Program-made: the position numbers and the translations under genes
Shown here: positions 24,364 through 34,810 of the stretch, piece by piece
How positions within the stretch are numbered: position 1 is the stretch's first letter
How the letters are laid out: each line of letters starts with the position of its first letter
Notes under the pieces: model-generated
What the model was told of the DNA's origin: nothing
Seen by the model: only the letters and a program-made list of their open reading frames with translations
Databases searched by the model: none
Assembly (NCBI RefSeq): GCF_036321535.1
Contig: NC_087436.1
Span: 71,364,001-71,428,000 of the forward strand
Reading direction: 5' to 3'
DNA from: Camelus dromedarius
Taxonomy: Eukaryota
DNA: 64,000 bases

Positions 24364-24432
24364 TTGTCCATCAGCTGAAGTCCTAACCTCTACCAGAGCG
24401 GCTGCTATCAACCAAAGTGACAGGAGAACCAT
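24364..24432 (-). CDS. ADAMTS3: ADAMTS3 coding exon 1 (signal peptide, MVLLSLWLIAAALVEVRTSADGQ)
   Basis: The reverse complement reads ATG GTT CTC CTG TCA CTT TGG...GGA CAA followed by the donor GTAAGT. It is 69 nt, lies in the CpG island and matches the ADAMTS3 N-terminus as I recall it. Confidence 0.97.
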
Positions 24433-24900
24433 CACGAGTCGAGTTCACTTTTCAACCACTGGGCAAAACAAATGCCCAGAGCAAATCCCCCCAAAATAAG
24501 TTTCTTAAAAAGTAAAAATCAAAATAAAAAAGGAAAAAAAATACAGAATTTAAAAAAAAAAAACTGATCTTCCGTGCTTTGCTTCAATGAAAATGAAATC
24601 TGAGCTCTGAGACTGGCCCCCTCTGCTCTGCAGTTCTTTCCACTTCACCTTCTCACCCCGTCCTCCCAAACAGAGTGTGCAGGAGCGAGAAGGTGCTGCG
24701 AGCTGGGCACGGGCTGCGCCAGGAGAGGGGGAAGGGACGAGGGGTTTCCAACTATCTCTGCCCGAAGCGGCTTTTTCTAGGCTTTTCGAGCACCATTGGT
24801 CCCTAAGGTTAGCGCTGAGAATGCTTGGGTCCCCTGGAGCACAGCAGGGGGAAGTATTAAAGAGAGAGACGAGCGAGCGGGAGCGGGAGAAAGACGCAGG
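24433..24900 (-). other. ADAMTS3: Probable ADAMTS3 5' UTR (TSS position approximate)
   Basis: Contiguous with the ATG and running into the GC-box-rich part of the CpG island. The TSS cannot be fixed from sequence alone. Confidence 0.55.
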
Positions 24901-27101
24901 GAGAGGGCGACTCCGCCGCTCGCACAGAGGTGGGGGCGGGAGGAGCCGGAGGGGAGGAGGAGGAGGCAGGCAGAGGAGGTGGGAGGAGTGGGCCGCTCGC
25001 CGGCTCCTGTTGCTCGCAGAGCGGCCGTCTGCTCGCTGCCGGCGACCCGCAGGGCGCTAATAAGGCGGCCGGAGCCCCCCGGGCGGCCCCTCCCGCCGCT
25101 GCGCCCACGTCACGCGAGGCCGGGGCCCGCGCCCCCTGCGCCCGCCCGCCGGCGCGGGAGGAGTGGGGAGGACGCCGCCGGCGGCTGGCCCCAGGCAGGG
25201 TCAGGGTTTGAAACCACGAGGGGACTCGAGTGGCCCGGATTCGACCCACACACCTCCCCTCAACCCGGGATCCTGTCCTTCCCCGCGAGATGGGCGAGGG
25301 GAGGTGGCAGTCCAGGAGAGCCACGGGCCCCGACTGGCGGGACCTGCTTTGAGTTAATTATAGGAAGGGGGAGGGTCCAAAGGCCGGTCCTGGGCTTTAG
25401 GAAATTCACCTCGTCCTACCTTCACTGCTCTCCCAGCCGGGGACCCGTCTCCCCGGAGAGAACCCCGGGAACCTTCCGGTCCGGTCATTAGGACGCGGTC
25501 ACCTCCCCTCCGGACACCAGACGCCTAGCACGTTTTTTCTTTTTTTCTTTTGGGATGTGCTTCCTCCCCCCTTTAAGTTGTTTATGCTTTATTAGTTTAT
25601 ATTAGTTTTAAACGATGCCATGTGTCTTTCTTGAGTCACCCGGATGCTTCCGTTTATCACAAGAGTACACACACAGGCCTAGCGTCTCTTCCTCTCACCA
25701 AGATTAAGTTATCAAATGATTTCTGCCCTGTGTGGCTCGGAGCTTCCTGGGAAGAGATAACACCAACCTGGGCTCCAGAGACTTCAGAGTTTGCTGGAAT
25801 CCAAGCCCAGGCCCACTTCCTTAGCGTTGACTCCTGTGGGCACTTTCCAGGGAGGAGAGGGATGGAAAAGGAAATACTTCCAACTTCCACTGACCGGTTT
25901 CTGACACTCCCTCTCTAGAACAGATCATGAGAGAAGAGTGAAAAGGCACAAATTTAGGTCTGATTTTCAAGACTTCAACTGGAAGGAGTCTTTCAGAGGC
26001 CTGCCTAAAAGAAAATGTGCAGAAACTACTGTTTGTTTTGGTAAGTGATGTCTCAATACGTCATAGTTCCTTTTCTTTTAAAAACGGTGTGAGTTTGGAG
26101 GGTTTGGAGGGCATACTTTGATTCATTATTTAATCGTTGCATCTTTACCTTACAGGTGGTTTGTGTTCACTGATGTGTTGTCTGCTAAGTCTTCTCAAAA
26201 TCGTGTATACAGGGCACTTACATGTTCAAACGAGAAACCAAATGGCCCCACCTAGTAACGTGGGGTATTACATTAATTAGTTATTAGCTGGATCCTGTTT
26301 AGACCTCAGCACCGAAGTATCTCTAAAGCAGTTTTTTCCTTCAATTAAAGCCTTCAGCAGTTTTGTAACCTGTCATTGACTTACTATCTGGGAGTGATTT
26401 GTTGAATTTTGTACCTAATTTTCTTATTTATTATAAAGAAATAATCTTTATATTGTATAAATAAAAATTATATCAACTTATGGCAACAAGTAAAAGAATA
26501 ATAGAGTACAAATCAGAAACCCTAGGGTCTAGGCCCCGCTAACAGCTGTCTGGCCTTCACAAATCTCTAAAATTCTGTTTTGGTTTTCCGCCTATGAGAT
26601 ATTTCAGCTCTACAGTTCTCTGATTTTAAGGAATAGCAAATATTGTATTTAGCATGGAGTTAGAGCAGTCCTTTTTGTTTTGGTTTCATAAAATTCAGAC
26701 GTTTATCATTATCATAACTTCTGGTACAATAAGGAATTCATGTGACTTTCATGAAAACAGTGGCTTTAGAATTTTTTGGCCATGACAGTGAAAAGATGTA
26801 TTTTGCACTGTGACCCAATAAAAGTTTCATGATTCAGTACTTACTAGGTACAACCACCCTGATACTTGCTATCCCATTTGTTTCGTTTAGTTTTCCCAAA
26901 TCCTCAGGATATATACACTTCATTGATTTCACAACCCACTGAGTTCATGACCCTCATTCTGACAAACATTAACTTGAGAGTATATAATAAGGTTTATATT
27001 CTTGGATTCTAAATAAGTTGAGTTCTTATTAATAAGGTTCTCCCAATGTACTGCAAGACAAAGTTTCCCAAAGTGTGATGTGGAATGTTAGATGTTTTAC
27101 C

Positions 27102-27136
27102 AAAAAAAAAAAAAAGAAGAAGAAGAAGAAGAAGAA
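27102..27136. repeat. A14-(GAA)7 simple repeat
   Basis: A-run at 27102-27115 followed directly by seven GAA units at 27116-27136. Confidence 0.95.
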
Positions 27137-28280
27137 GGATTCTCTGACAATCAACTGAAGTTTGTGAACTGCTCATTTGAACAGAATGAAATGGATTTAT
27201 TTATTTCAAAACTTCACGGACTTTATAATCCTAAGTGCATTGTAAGTCTTCAAGAGAGAGATGTAGTGCTTTGGCCCACATTGATGTGAGCACAGAATGC
27301 TTTTTTCTCATGCTTTATGCTCCGAGGAACACACTTGGGGAATTGCCATTACAATGACCAATTGCTAAAGTAGAATGAACTTTGAGAGAGGTAGGATTCA
27401 CATACAGATTCCACCTCAGTCTTCTCAACTCTAAAATTGGCTTACTAATACTGCTTTTGCAAAATGTTCATGAAAATTAACATAATCTTGGATTTAAACT
27501 GTCTAGCACATTGTCTAGACCATAGCAAGGGTTTAAATGAAGATTTTTTTAATACATGAATCTGTTTGGCATATGTACAGATGGCTCACTGATGATGAAA
27601 TATGGCAAATCTAAGAAAAGTAGGAAAATACAAACTTAAACGTTATGAACTTTTAATTTCACCAGAGAAGTCATTGAGTTCCTTCCACAAACTGACCCCT
27701 GCCTGCCTAGCATCAAATCTCTGCCCTTCTCTGCTTGTTTCTTTGCCTCCAGCTGCAGTGTTGTTTCCCACATCTCATGTCTACACACTTGCTCATAGTG
27801 ATTTTTCAGTTTGTAAGACCCTTCCTCTTCCTGTCCCTTAAGGCAAAGAACGGCAAATTACACGAGATGCTAATAGGTGCTCCATAAAATACTGTACCAA
27901 TATTTGTTTTCCTCAAAAATATGTTGTAAGAAGAGAAACAATTTCTAAACTAACCACATGTATGTAGTCTCCCTAATTACAAAATCATCCTCTTTAAGAC
28001 TTAAGTTTCATGAGAACAGTTGATGTATGGATATTTTAATCTGTGCTTTCTTGTATTGGCAGCAGTTAAATAAGCTGAGAGTTCTGTGTGTATGTGCGTA
28101 TTTTCTGTTTGATGCTGACAGAGATCAATGTTGTCTATCTTGTCATAACTTGACATTCTGATACCTAATATTTATTGTGCATTGGACATAAAAATAAAAT
28201 TTTTGTCTTTCTAACAGCAAATAATTCATTTCTACGTTTGTTGTTGTTTCTGCTGTTTACCTTTTCTGCACATTTAAGAA

Positions 28281-30265
28281 TATTCTTTAGAGCAGTTTAA
28301 GGTTCAGAGCAGAATTAAGAGGGAAATAACCTCACACCAGTCAGAATGGCCATCATTCAAAAGTCCACAATTGACTAATGCTGGAGAGGCCGTGGAGAAA
28401 AGGGAACTCTCCTACACTGCTGGTGGGAATGCAGTTTGATGCAGCCTCTGTGGAAAACAGTTTGGAGATTCCTCAAAAGACTACGAATAGACTTACCATA
28501 TGACCCAGGAATCCTGCCCCTGGGCATATATCCAGAAGGAAGCCTACTTCAAAAAGACATCTGCACCCCAATGTTCATAGCAGCACTATTTACAATAGCC
28601 AAAACATGGAAACAGCCTAAATGTCCATCAACAGATGAGTGGATAAAGAAGATGTGGTATATTTATACACTGGAATACTATTCAGCCATAAAAACGACAA
28701 CATAACGCCATTTGCAGCAACATGGATGTCCCTGGAGAATGTCATTCTAAGTGAAGTAAGCCAGAAAGAGAAAGCAAAATACCATATGAGATTGCTCATA
28801 TGTGGAATCTTAAAAACAAAACAAAACAAAACATAAATACAAAACAGAAACAGACTCCTAGACATAGAATACAAACTTGTGGTTGCCAAGGGGGCAGGGG
28901 GTGGGAAGGGACACACTGGGATTTCAAAATTTGTAGATACTGACAGGCATATGCAGAATAAATAAACAAGATTATACTGTATAGCATAGGGAAATATATA
29001 CAAGATCTTGTGGTAGCTCACAATGAAAAAAAAATGTGACAATGAATAAATGTATGTTCATGTATAACTGAAAAATTGTGCTCTACACTGGAATTTGATA
29101 CAACATTGTAAAATGACTATAACTCAATAAAAAATGTTTAAAATAAAGAGGGAAATAATGAGATTTCCCGTATACTCCCTACTCTCAAACATCAATAGCC
29201 TGCCCTATTATCAACATCCCCCAAAATGTAACAAAAGAGTGGTACATTTGTTAGAATTGATGACCCCACATTGACATATCATTATCACCCAAAGTCCATA
29301 GTTTGTTTTTGTACATTGTATGGGTTTGGACAAATGTATAATGACATGTCTCCATCATTATAATATCATACAGAGTATTTTCATTGCCCTAAAAATCTTC
29401 TATGTGCCATCTTTTTATCCCTCCCCACCCCTCAATCCCAGGCAACCACTGATGTTTTCACTGTCTCCATAGTTTTGCCTTTTCCAGAATGTCATCCAGT
29501 TGAGATCATGCAGAATGTAACTTTTTCAGACTGGCTTCTTTCACTTAGCAATATGCATTTACTTTTCCTCCATGTCTTTTTATGGCTGGATAGCTCATTT
29601 CTCTTTAGCACTGAATAATATACCATTGTCTGAATGAACTACTATAGTTTATTCAACTACTGAAGGACATCTTGGTTGCTTCCAAGTTCTGTGAATTATT
29701 AATAACACTGTTAGAAACATTTATAAGAGGTTTTTCGTGAGGATGTACATTTTCAACCCCTTTGGATAAATACCAAGGAGCATGATTACTGGATCATATG
29801 TTAACAGTAATTTTAGTTTTAGTCATTATCTTCTAAAGCGGCTGTACTGTTTTGCATTCTCACCATCAATAAATGAGAGTTCCTGTTTTTTCACATCTTA
29901 ACCAGCATTTGGTGTGTCTCTGTTCCAGATTTCAAACATTCTCTAGTAGGTGTGCAGTGGTATCTCATTGTTTTAATTCGCATTTCCCTGATGGCACATG
30001 ATGGGGAGCATCTTTTCATATGTTTATTTGCTATCTGTATATTTTCTTTGGTGAGGTGTCTGTTAAAAGTTTGGCCTGTTTTTTAACTAGGTTTTTTTTT
30101 CTTGTTTTGTTTAAGTGTTCTTTGTATATTTTAGATAGCAGTCCTTTATTTTTTGCAAAAAAAAAAAAGTTTTGTAAATATTTCCTCCCAGTCTGTGGTT
30201 TGTCTTGTCTTGTCATTCTTCTGACCTTGACTTTCACAGAGCAAATGTTTTTAATTTTAATGAAG
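28281..30265 (-). mobile_element. Old L1M-family element (3' UTR + ORF2 end), interrupted by a younger L1
   Basis: tttagagcagtttaaggttcagagcagaatt...agatttcccgtatactcc L1M 3' end. ORF 30031..30276(-) is ORF2-like (IKIKNICSVK...GLLSKIYKEHL). Confidence 0.85.
28330..29145 (+). mobile_element. Young 5'-truncated L1 nested in the old L1M
   Basis: ORF2 C-terminal peptide ([12 protein letters not shown]...[23 protein letters not shown]) plus 3' UTR. Perfect TSD aagagggaaataa at 28317-28329 and 29146-29158. Confidence 0.95.
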
Positions 30266-31764
30266 TACTTTCCCACACTTTAATATATTGAATGAACTTT
30301 CATCTACGTTGATTAAATAGATTATAATTTTTTATTTTTTTCCTATGGTCAAATAAATCTGAGAAATTTTCTACTCAACTTTTTTCCAAGTGTAAGTACA
30401 GAACTTTACTGCATCATAATTGACTAGATTTATATCCACCTCCCCCTCTAAACTGCAAGCTCCTTGAAGGCATTGACCTCTGCTTTATTCACTTTCAATT
30501 ACAAGTTTCTACCACAATTTCCATCCTATGAAAGTTGCAGAGTACTTTAACTACTACAACCTGAGCACATCCAGAGAAAATCATGTCCTTTTTTCCCTAA
30601 CTGGTGATAAGCTTTATTCCAGCTCCTAGGATCCTTGACACCTAGAACTAACAAAGGGAAATGTGAGAGTACAAACACGGGACTCACCACTATAGAACCA
30701 TGAAAGCCAGACCAACTGGCTGTCCTCTCCCTGTCTCCACCTCCTGCAGCCTCAAAGAACACAGCTATAAGACTTGCAGAATGAGGAAATGGGGATGATA
30801 GCAGCACATATAGAATTACTTTGTTGCTCATTGAGGACAAGAATCTTCCTCTCACATAGAACCCTCCCCTGCTTTATGTAATACTGATTTTTCATCTGCA
30901 GATCAGAAAATCAAGCATGCTGTGTATACACTACTCTTAATATCATTATTTCTTTACCCAAGGCATTAGGTTGATTAGAAATTTGGATGCTACCATTTCA
31001 TACTCATAGAAGAGAGCCTGGCACATAGCCGGCACTCAAAAGAATATTTGTTAAATAAATGAGGGAGTAAATATTTACTCTCTCTACTTAATGCAGTGAA
31101 ATGAATAAGTTTTCTTTTCCCCTCCTATCAGTGAATAAGCAATTTCCATCTTGGACCTTTTCCACAAGAGTTTTTGGAAGTCCTATTGAAAGAAAAAAAT
31201 TTAAACAGGAAAATTCATGAATACAAGGATCGAGAAATTAGAAATGGAAAAGCCTTACTAGGTCGTTGAGTTCATGCTCTGGCTAGTGGTTGAGGCAGTG
31301 TTGCTCCCACAGTCCTTTCCTTCAGAGGAAAACCAGTATCTTAGAAGGGTAAATTTGGACTTTAGGGCTTTATATTCAATCGTTTGTTTTTGGAAGAATA
31401 ATTCCACTATGGGACAAGGAAAAATTGAGGAAGAATTCTCATTTTCCTTGATTTTCCCTTTTTTTTTCCCCTTGATTTAAGGAAATTCATTGCATCCTTA
31501 TCTTTGATTAGCACCATAAATTACCTCCCTCCTTTCCTTGATAAGTTTGGCTTAACAATTAATATATTTAACTTTATACTCAACTAACATAAACAGATAA
31601 TGTTGTCTGCCTTCTATTGTTTTTATTATCTTTCTCTTTTTCCTCAAGTCTTTGAAAATTTTTGCTTGGAAATTCTGAATGATAATAGAAAATCTGAGTC
31701 TTCCTGGGATTTAAACAGAAATAAGGGAGTAATTAAAATTTAAAATTCTTCCAAATGTTCCTTG

Positions 31765-31797
31765 ATATGACTCCAAAAGGGTTCCTGGGCCCAATTC

Positions 31798-31842
<45 letters not shown>

Positions 31843-32604
31843 GACTTTCCCACACCAACAAGACATTCTAGGACACCAGCAGGGTGTCCAAGAATTCATC
31901 TCAATTCTGACACTATCGCCCCAGGGATAGCATCAGATTTAAAAGACTCAGACCTATAACACTGCCCTCCACTTCAGACGCCAATCACAACCCCAGGTTG
32001 TTACCTGTGCTTCTAACCGAAGAGCTACAAACTGAAGGTTCCCATGAACCCCTCCAACTCAGGATGCCAATGACAAGTCCAGGTTATTACCTGTACTTCT
32101 GACCAACTTGCTACAAATCAGAGGTTCCCATCAACTTCTTAGGTTTGAATACTTTCCTAGAATGGCTCACAGAACTGAGGAAACTCTGTTTACTCACTAG
32201 ATTACCTATTTATTATAAAAGGATATTAAAGGTTATGGGTCAACAGCCAAATGGAAAGATACCTAGGGCAAAGCCTGGGCAAAGAGCACGGAGCTTTCAA
32301 GACCATATCATACCCACACTTTCTCCAGTCTCCACGTGTTCACCAACTCAAAATTTCTCCAAACCCTGTCCTTTTGGGGTTTTATGGAAGCTTCATTACA
32401 TAGGCATGACTGATTAAATCCTTGGCCATTGGTGATTGGGTCAATCTCCAGGGAACTGAGGACAAGGGACCAAATATTATCACATTGCTCCTATTGCTCA
32501 GGAAATTCCAAGGGTTTTGGGAGCTATGAGCCAAGAACTGTGGATGAAGACCAAATATATAAGAAGAGCACATATATATGTTCCCTATAAATCACAATAT
32601 GGCA
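31765..32604 (-). mobile_element. MER21-like solo LTR
   Basis: The minus strand begins tgccatattgtgatttata...atatatttggtcttcatccacagttcttggctcatagctcccaaaacccttggaatttcctgag. Homologous to 38028-39041. Confidence 0.8.
31801..31840. repeat. (TG)20 microsatellite inside the LTR
   Basis: 40 nt of uninterrupted TG. Confidence 0.97.
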
Positions 32605-34664
32605 ATGGCATAACCTAATAGTTGCTTGACAATTATCATCAGATTATTTTGCATTTATGCCATGATTTTCCTCTTGGTAGCTCAAGGAATGCTAACATAG
32701 TGGAACTCGAGATAAAACAGATCAGCATTTAGGACTATTGAATATAGTCAATGTATTCTCATGGAAAGGCAAGGGTTCTAAACCAGAGATGTGGCATAGT
32801 ACTTTCCATGTAGCAGACTGTTCAATAAATATATGATAAATTGAGTTAAATAGTTAACTGATTCCTACTAATTATACCAATGCTTGTATTTTGAAGTGAT
32901 ATCAAATTGTTAACTTCAGAACTGTGTGTTTTTTTTTTTAATAACTGTCAATTCAATGCTACAAAACATTTGGGAGGTACCGCATGGTACAAAAGACTGT
33001 GAATTAACTACGATTTTAAAATGTTAGAATAAGATTCATCATTTTCAATGGGATTCAATAAGATTTACTGAGGAAGAGGGAGATCTAGCAAATTAGCAGC
33101 TACTGCTCATAAACTGGATTCTCTTACAGGAGGAGAGTGTAGATTACCTTCAAGTCAGAAATTTAGTTAAGTGTTCTGAATTTACACTAGAGTCAAAACA
33201 TGATGAGAAGGGTCTATATGGGGAAAAACTATATTAAAATTACATTTGAGAGAATCTTTTCACTTAAGTAAGGATTGTTATCGTTAGTTAACAAAGCAAT
33301 TTCTGTAATAAAATTTACTGTAGATTTTTGAGATTAGATACTCCACAATTTCCCTGCTGCCTGAAAGCAGAGAAAGAGAGTTAGTTGTCTTCTGGGTATT
33401 CAATCCAATGATTACACAGAAAACTACAGTTCTGCTATATAGTGAGGCACAATATATTTTGCACATCATTGCAGTTCAAAGTAACAGAGACGGTTTATAT
33501 TTTATTATTAATTTTATGAACCCTCATATTATTTATCCATTGATTGGCAGTTTTCACAAAACGTTTATAAGGGTTTTGTCTTTTTTAAGGGAAAAAACAA
33601 AGTTTGCATTCCACTGAGTTGTCAAAAGTCGTCCCCAATTTTACCTCATAAAACTTTTCAATAAGATCAATTCTTTAGTTCTCAGGGTGTAATATGCATT
33701 CATTAAAGTAGCAATTAATGGTCCAGACTAGAAATAGGAATAGTTTGCACAGAGAAAATGGGCAGAAAACAACATCCCATCAAAGAAAATGAAAAATTAG
33801 TTATGAAATCAATAATCAGTTCTACCTCACAGTATTAGAATCTGGCTTTTTAGAAAGAAAAACACAAAACAAAATAAAACAAAAACTGAACTCTCCTCTG
33901 GCAGGTTTAAGTTTTTATCTGAATAGATTCTTAGCCAGATGATAAATCAGATGTTATCAAGTTAGAAATTATTGCTGTTTTAATTAGTTACCAATATTAC
34001 AAAAGTCCACTTATTTTAGGGTAAAAAAAAAGCCCACTAAGATTTACATCTAGGGTCTTTATTCTGTTACTGTCACACTAAACAAAGCAATAACCCAGAA
34101 GCTACCACTATTTTGGCAAATTCCAATAATAAATGCTTAGTAGAGACAGTTCAAATGTGAAATTATAGAATTACTGTAGAAGTCCTATGCCATTCCACTG
34201 CAAAGAGACATGAACATTTCAGAAAGAACTTTAGCCATCAATGTAAAAACACATAATCAAATATTCTAATAATATTTAATGCTTTGTACATATTAGGGAA
34301 GAATATCAGAAATATTTATTCTCCAATTTATTTTTATAAAAATTCAAGTTATTTGTACCATAAAAGTAATGCAAATCTATAAACTTCAGTTAAGCCTCAG
34401 ATTAGTTGCCTTAGTTAAAAAAAAAAAATTTCACCATTTGAACTAAATACTTGCTTATGACAATTCACGCTGAAAACATCTCCATTTACTATGTAGTTTT
34501 CATCCCACTATTAGGGAAAATGTTAGATGCACATAAGAAGTTGACCCATGAGGTTTTTAAAAAATGCATGTTGCATGCAACTCCAGTGATTTTGACTCAG
34601 TAGATCTACTATAGAAATTTGGCATCCATATTTTTCCAAAGTTTTACAAATAATTCAGTCTAAA

Positions 34665-34810
34665 TTGTGTCGAGAAACATGCTGCTTAAAACTTTTATGT
34701 ACTTAATAAATGCAAATTCTGATTCAGTACGTCTGGGCTGGGGCAATTCTAACAAGTTCCCGGGTAATGGTGACATGGCTGATCTTCAGAAAACACTGAG
34801 TTGCCAGACC
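34665..34810. mobile_element. MER5A-like hAT MITE relic
   Basis: aatgcaaattctgattcagtacgtctgggctggggc...taacaagttcccgggtaatg. Confidence 0.6.

Larger units (their letters stand above)
23540..25530. promoter_or_regulatory. Bipartite CpG island / TATA-less ADAMTS3 promoter
   Basis: Very high GC and CpG density at ~23540-24240 and ~24660-25530, split by an AT-rich stretch. GC boxes (GGGCGG near 24934 and at 25081), TGACGTGG on the minus strand at 25105-25112, and AP-1 TGAGTCA at 23924-23930. Confidence 0.9.

Noticed and set aside
23441..25491. Long ORFs on both strands in the CpG island (161, 195, 127, 231 and 155 aa)
   Set aside because: They are Pro/Arg/Gly/Ala-rich, mostly start at non-ATG codons and have no recognisable domains, as expected from stop-codon scarcity in GC-rich DNA.
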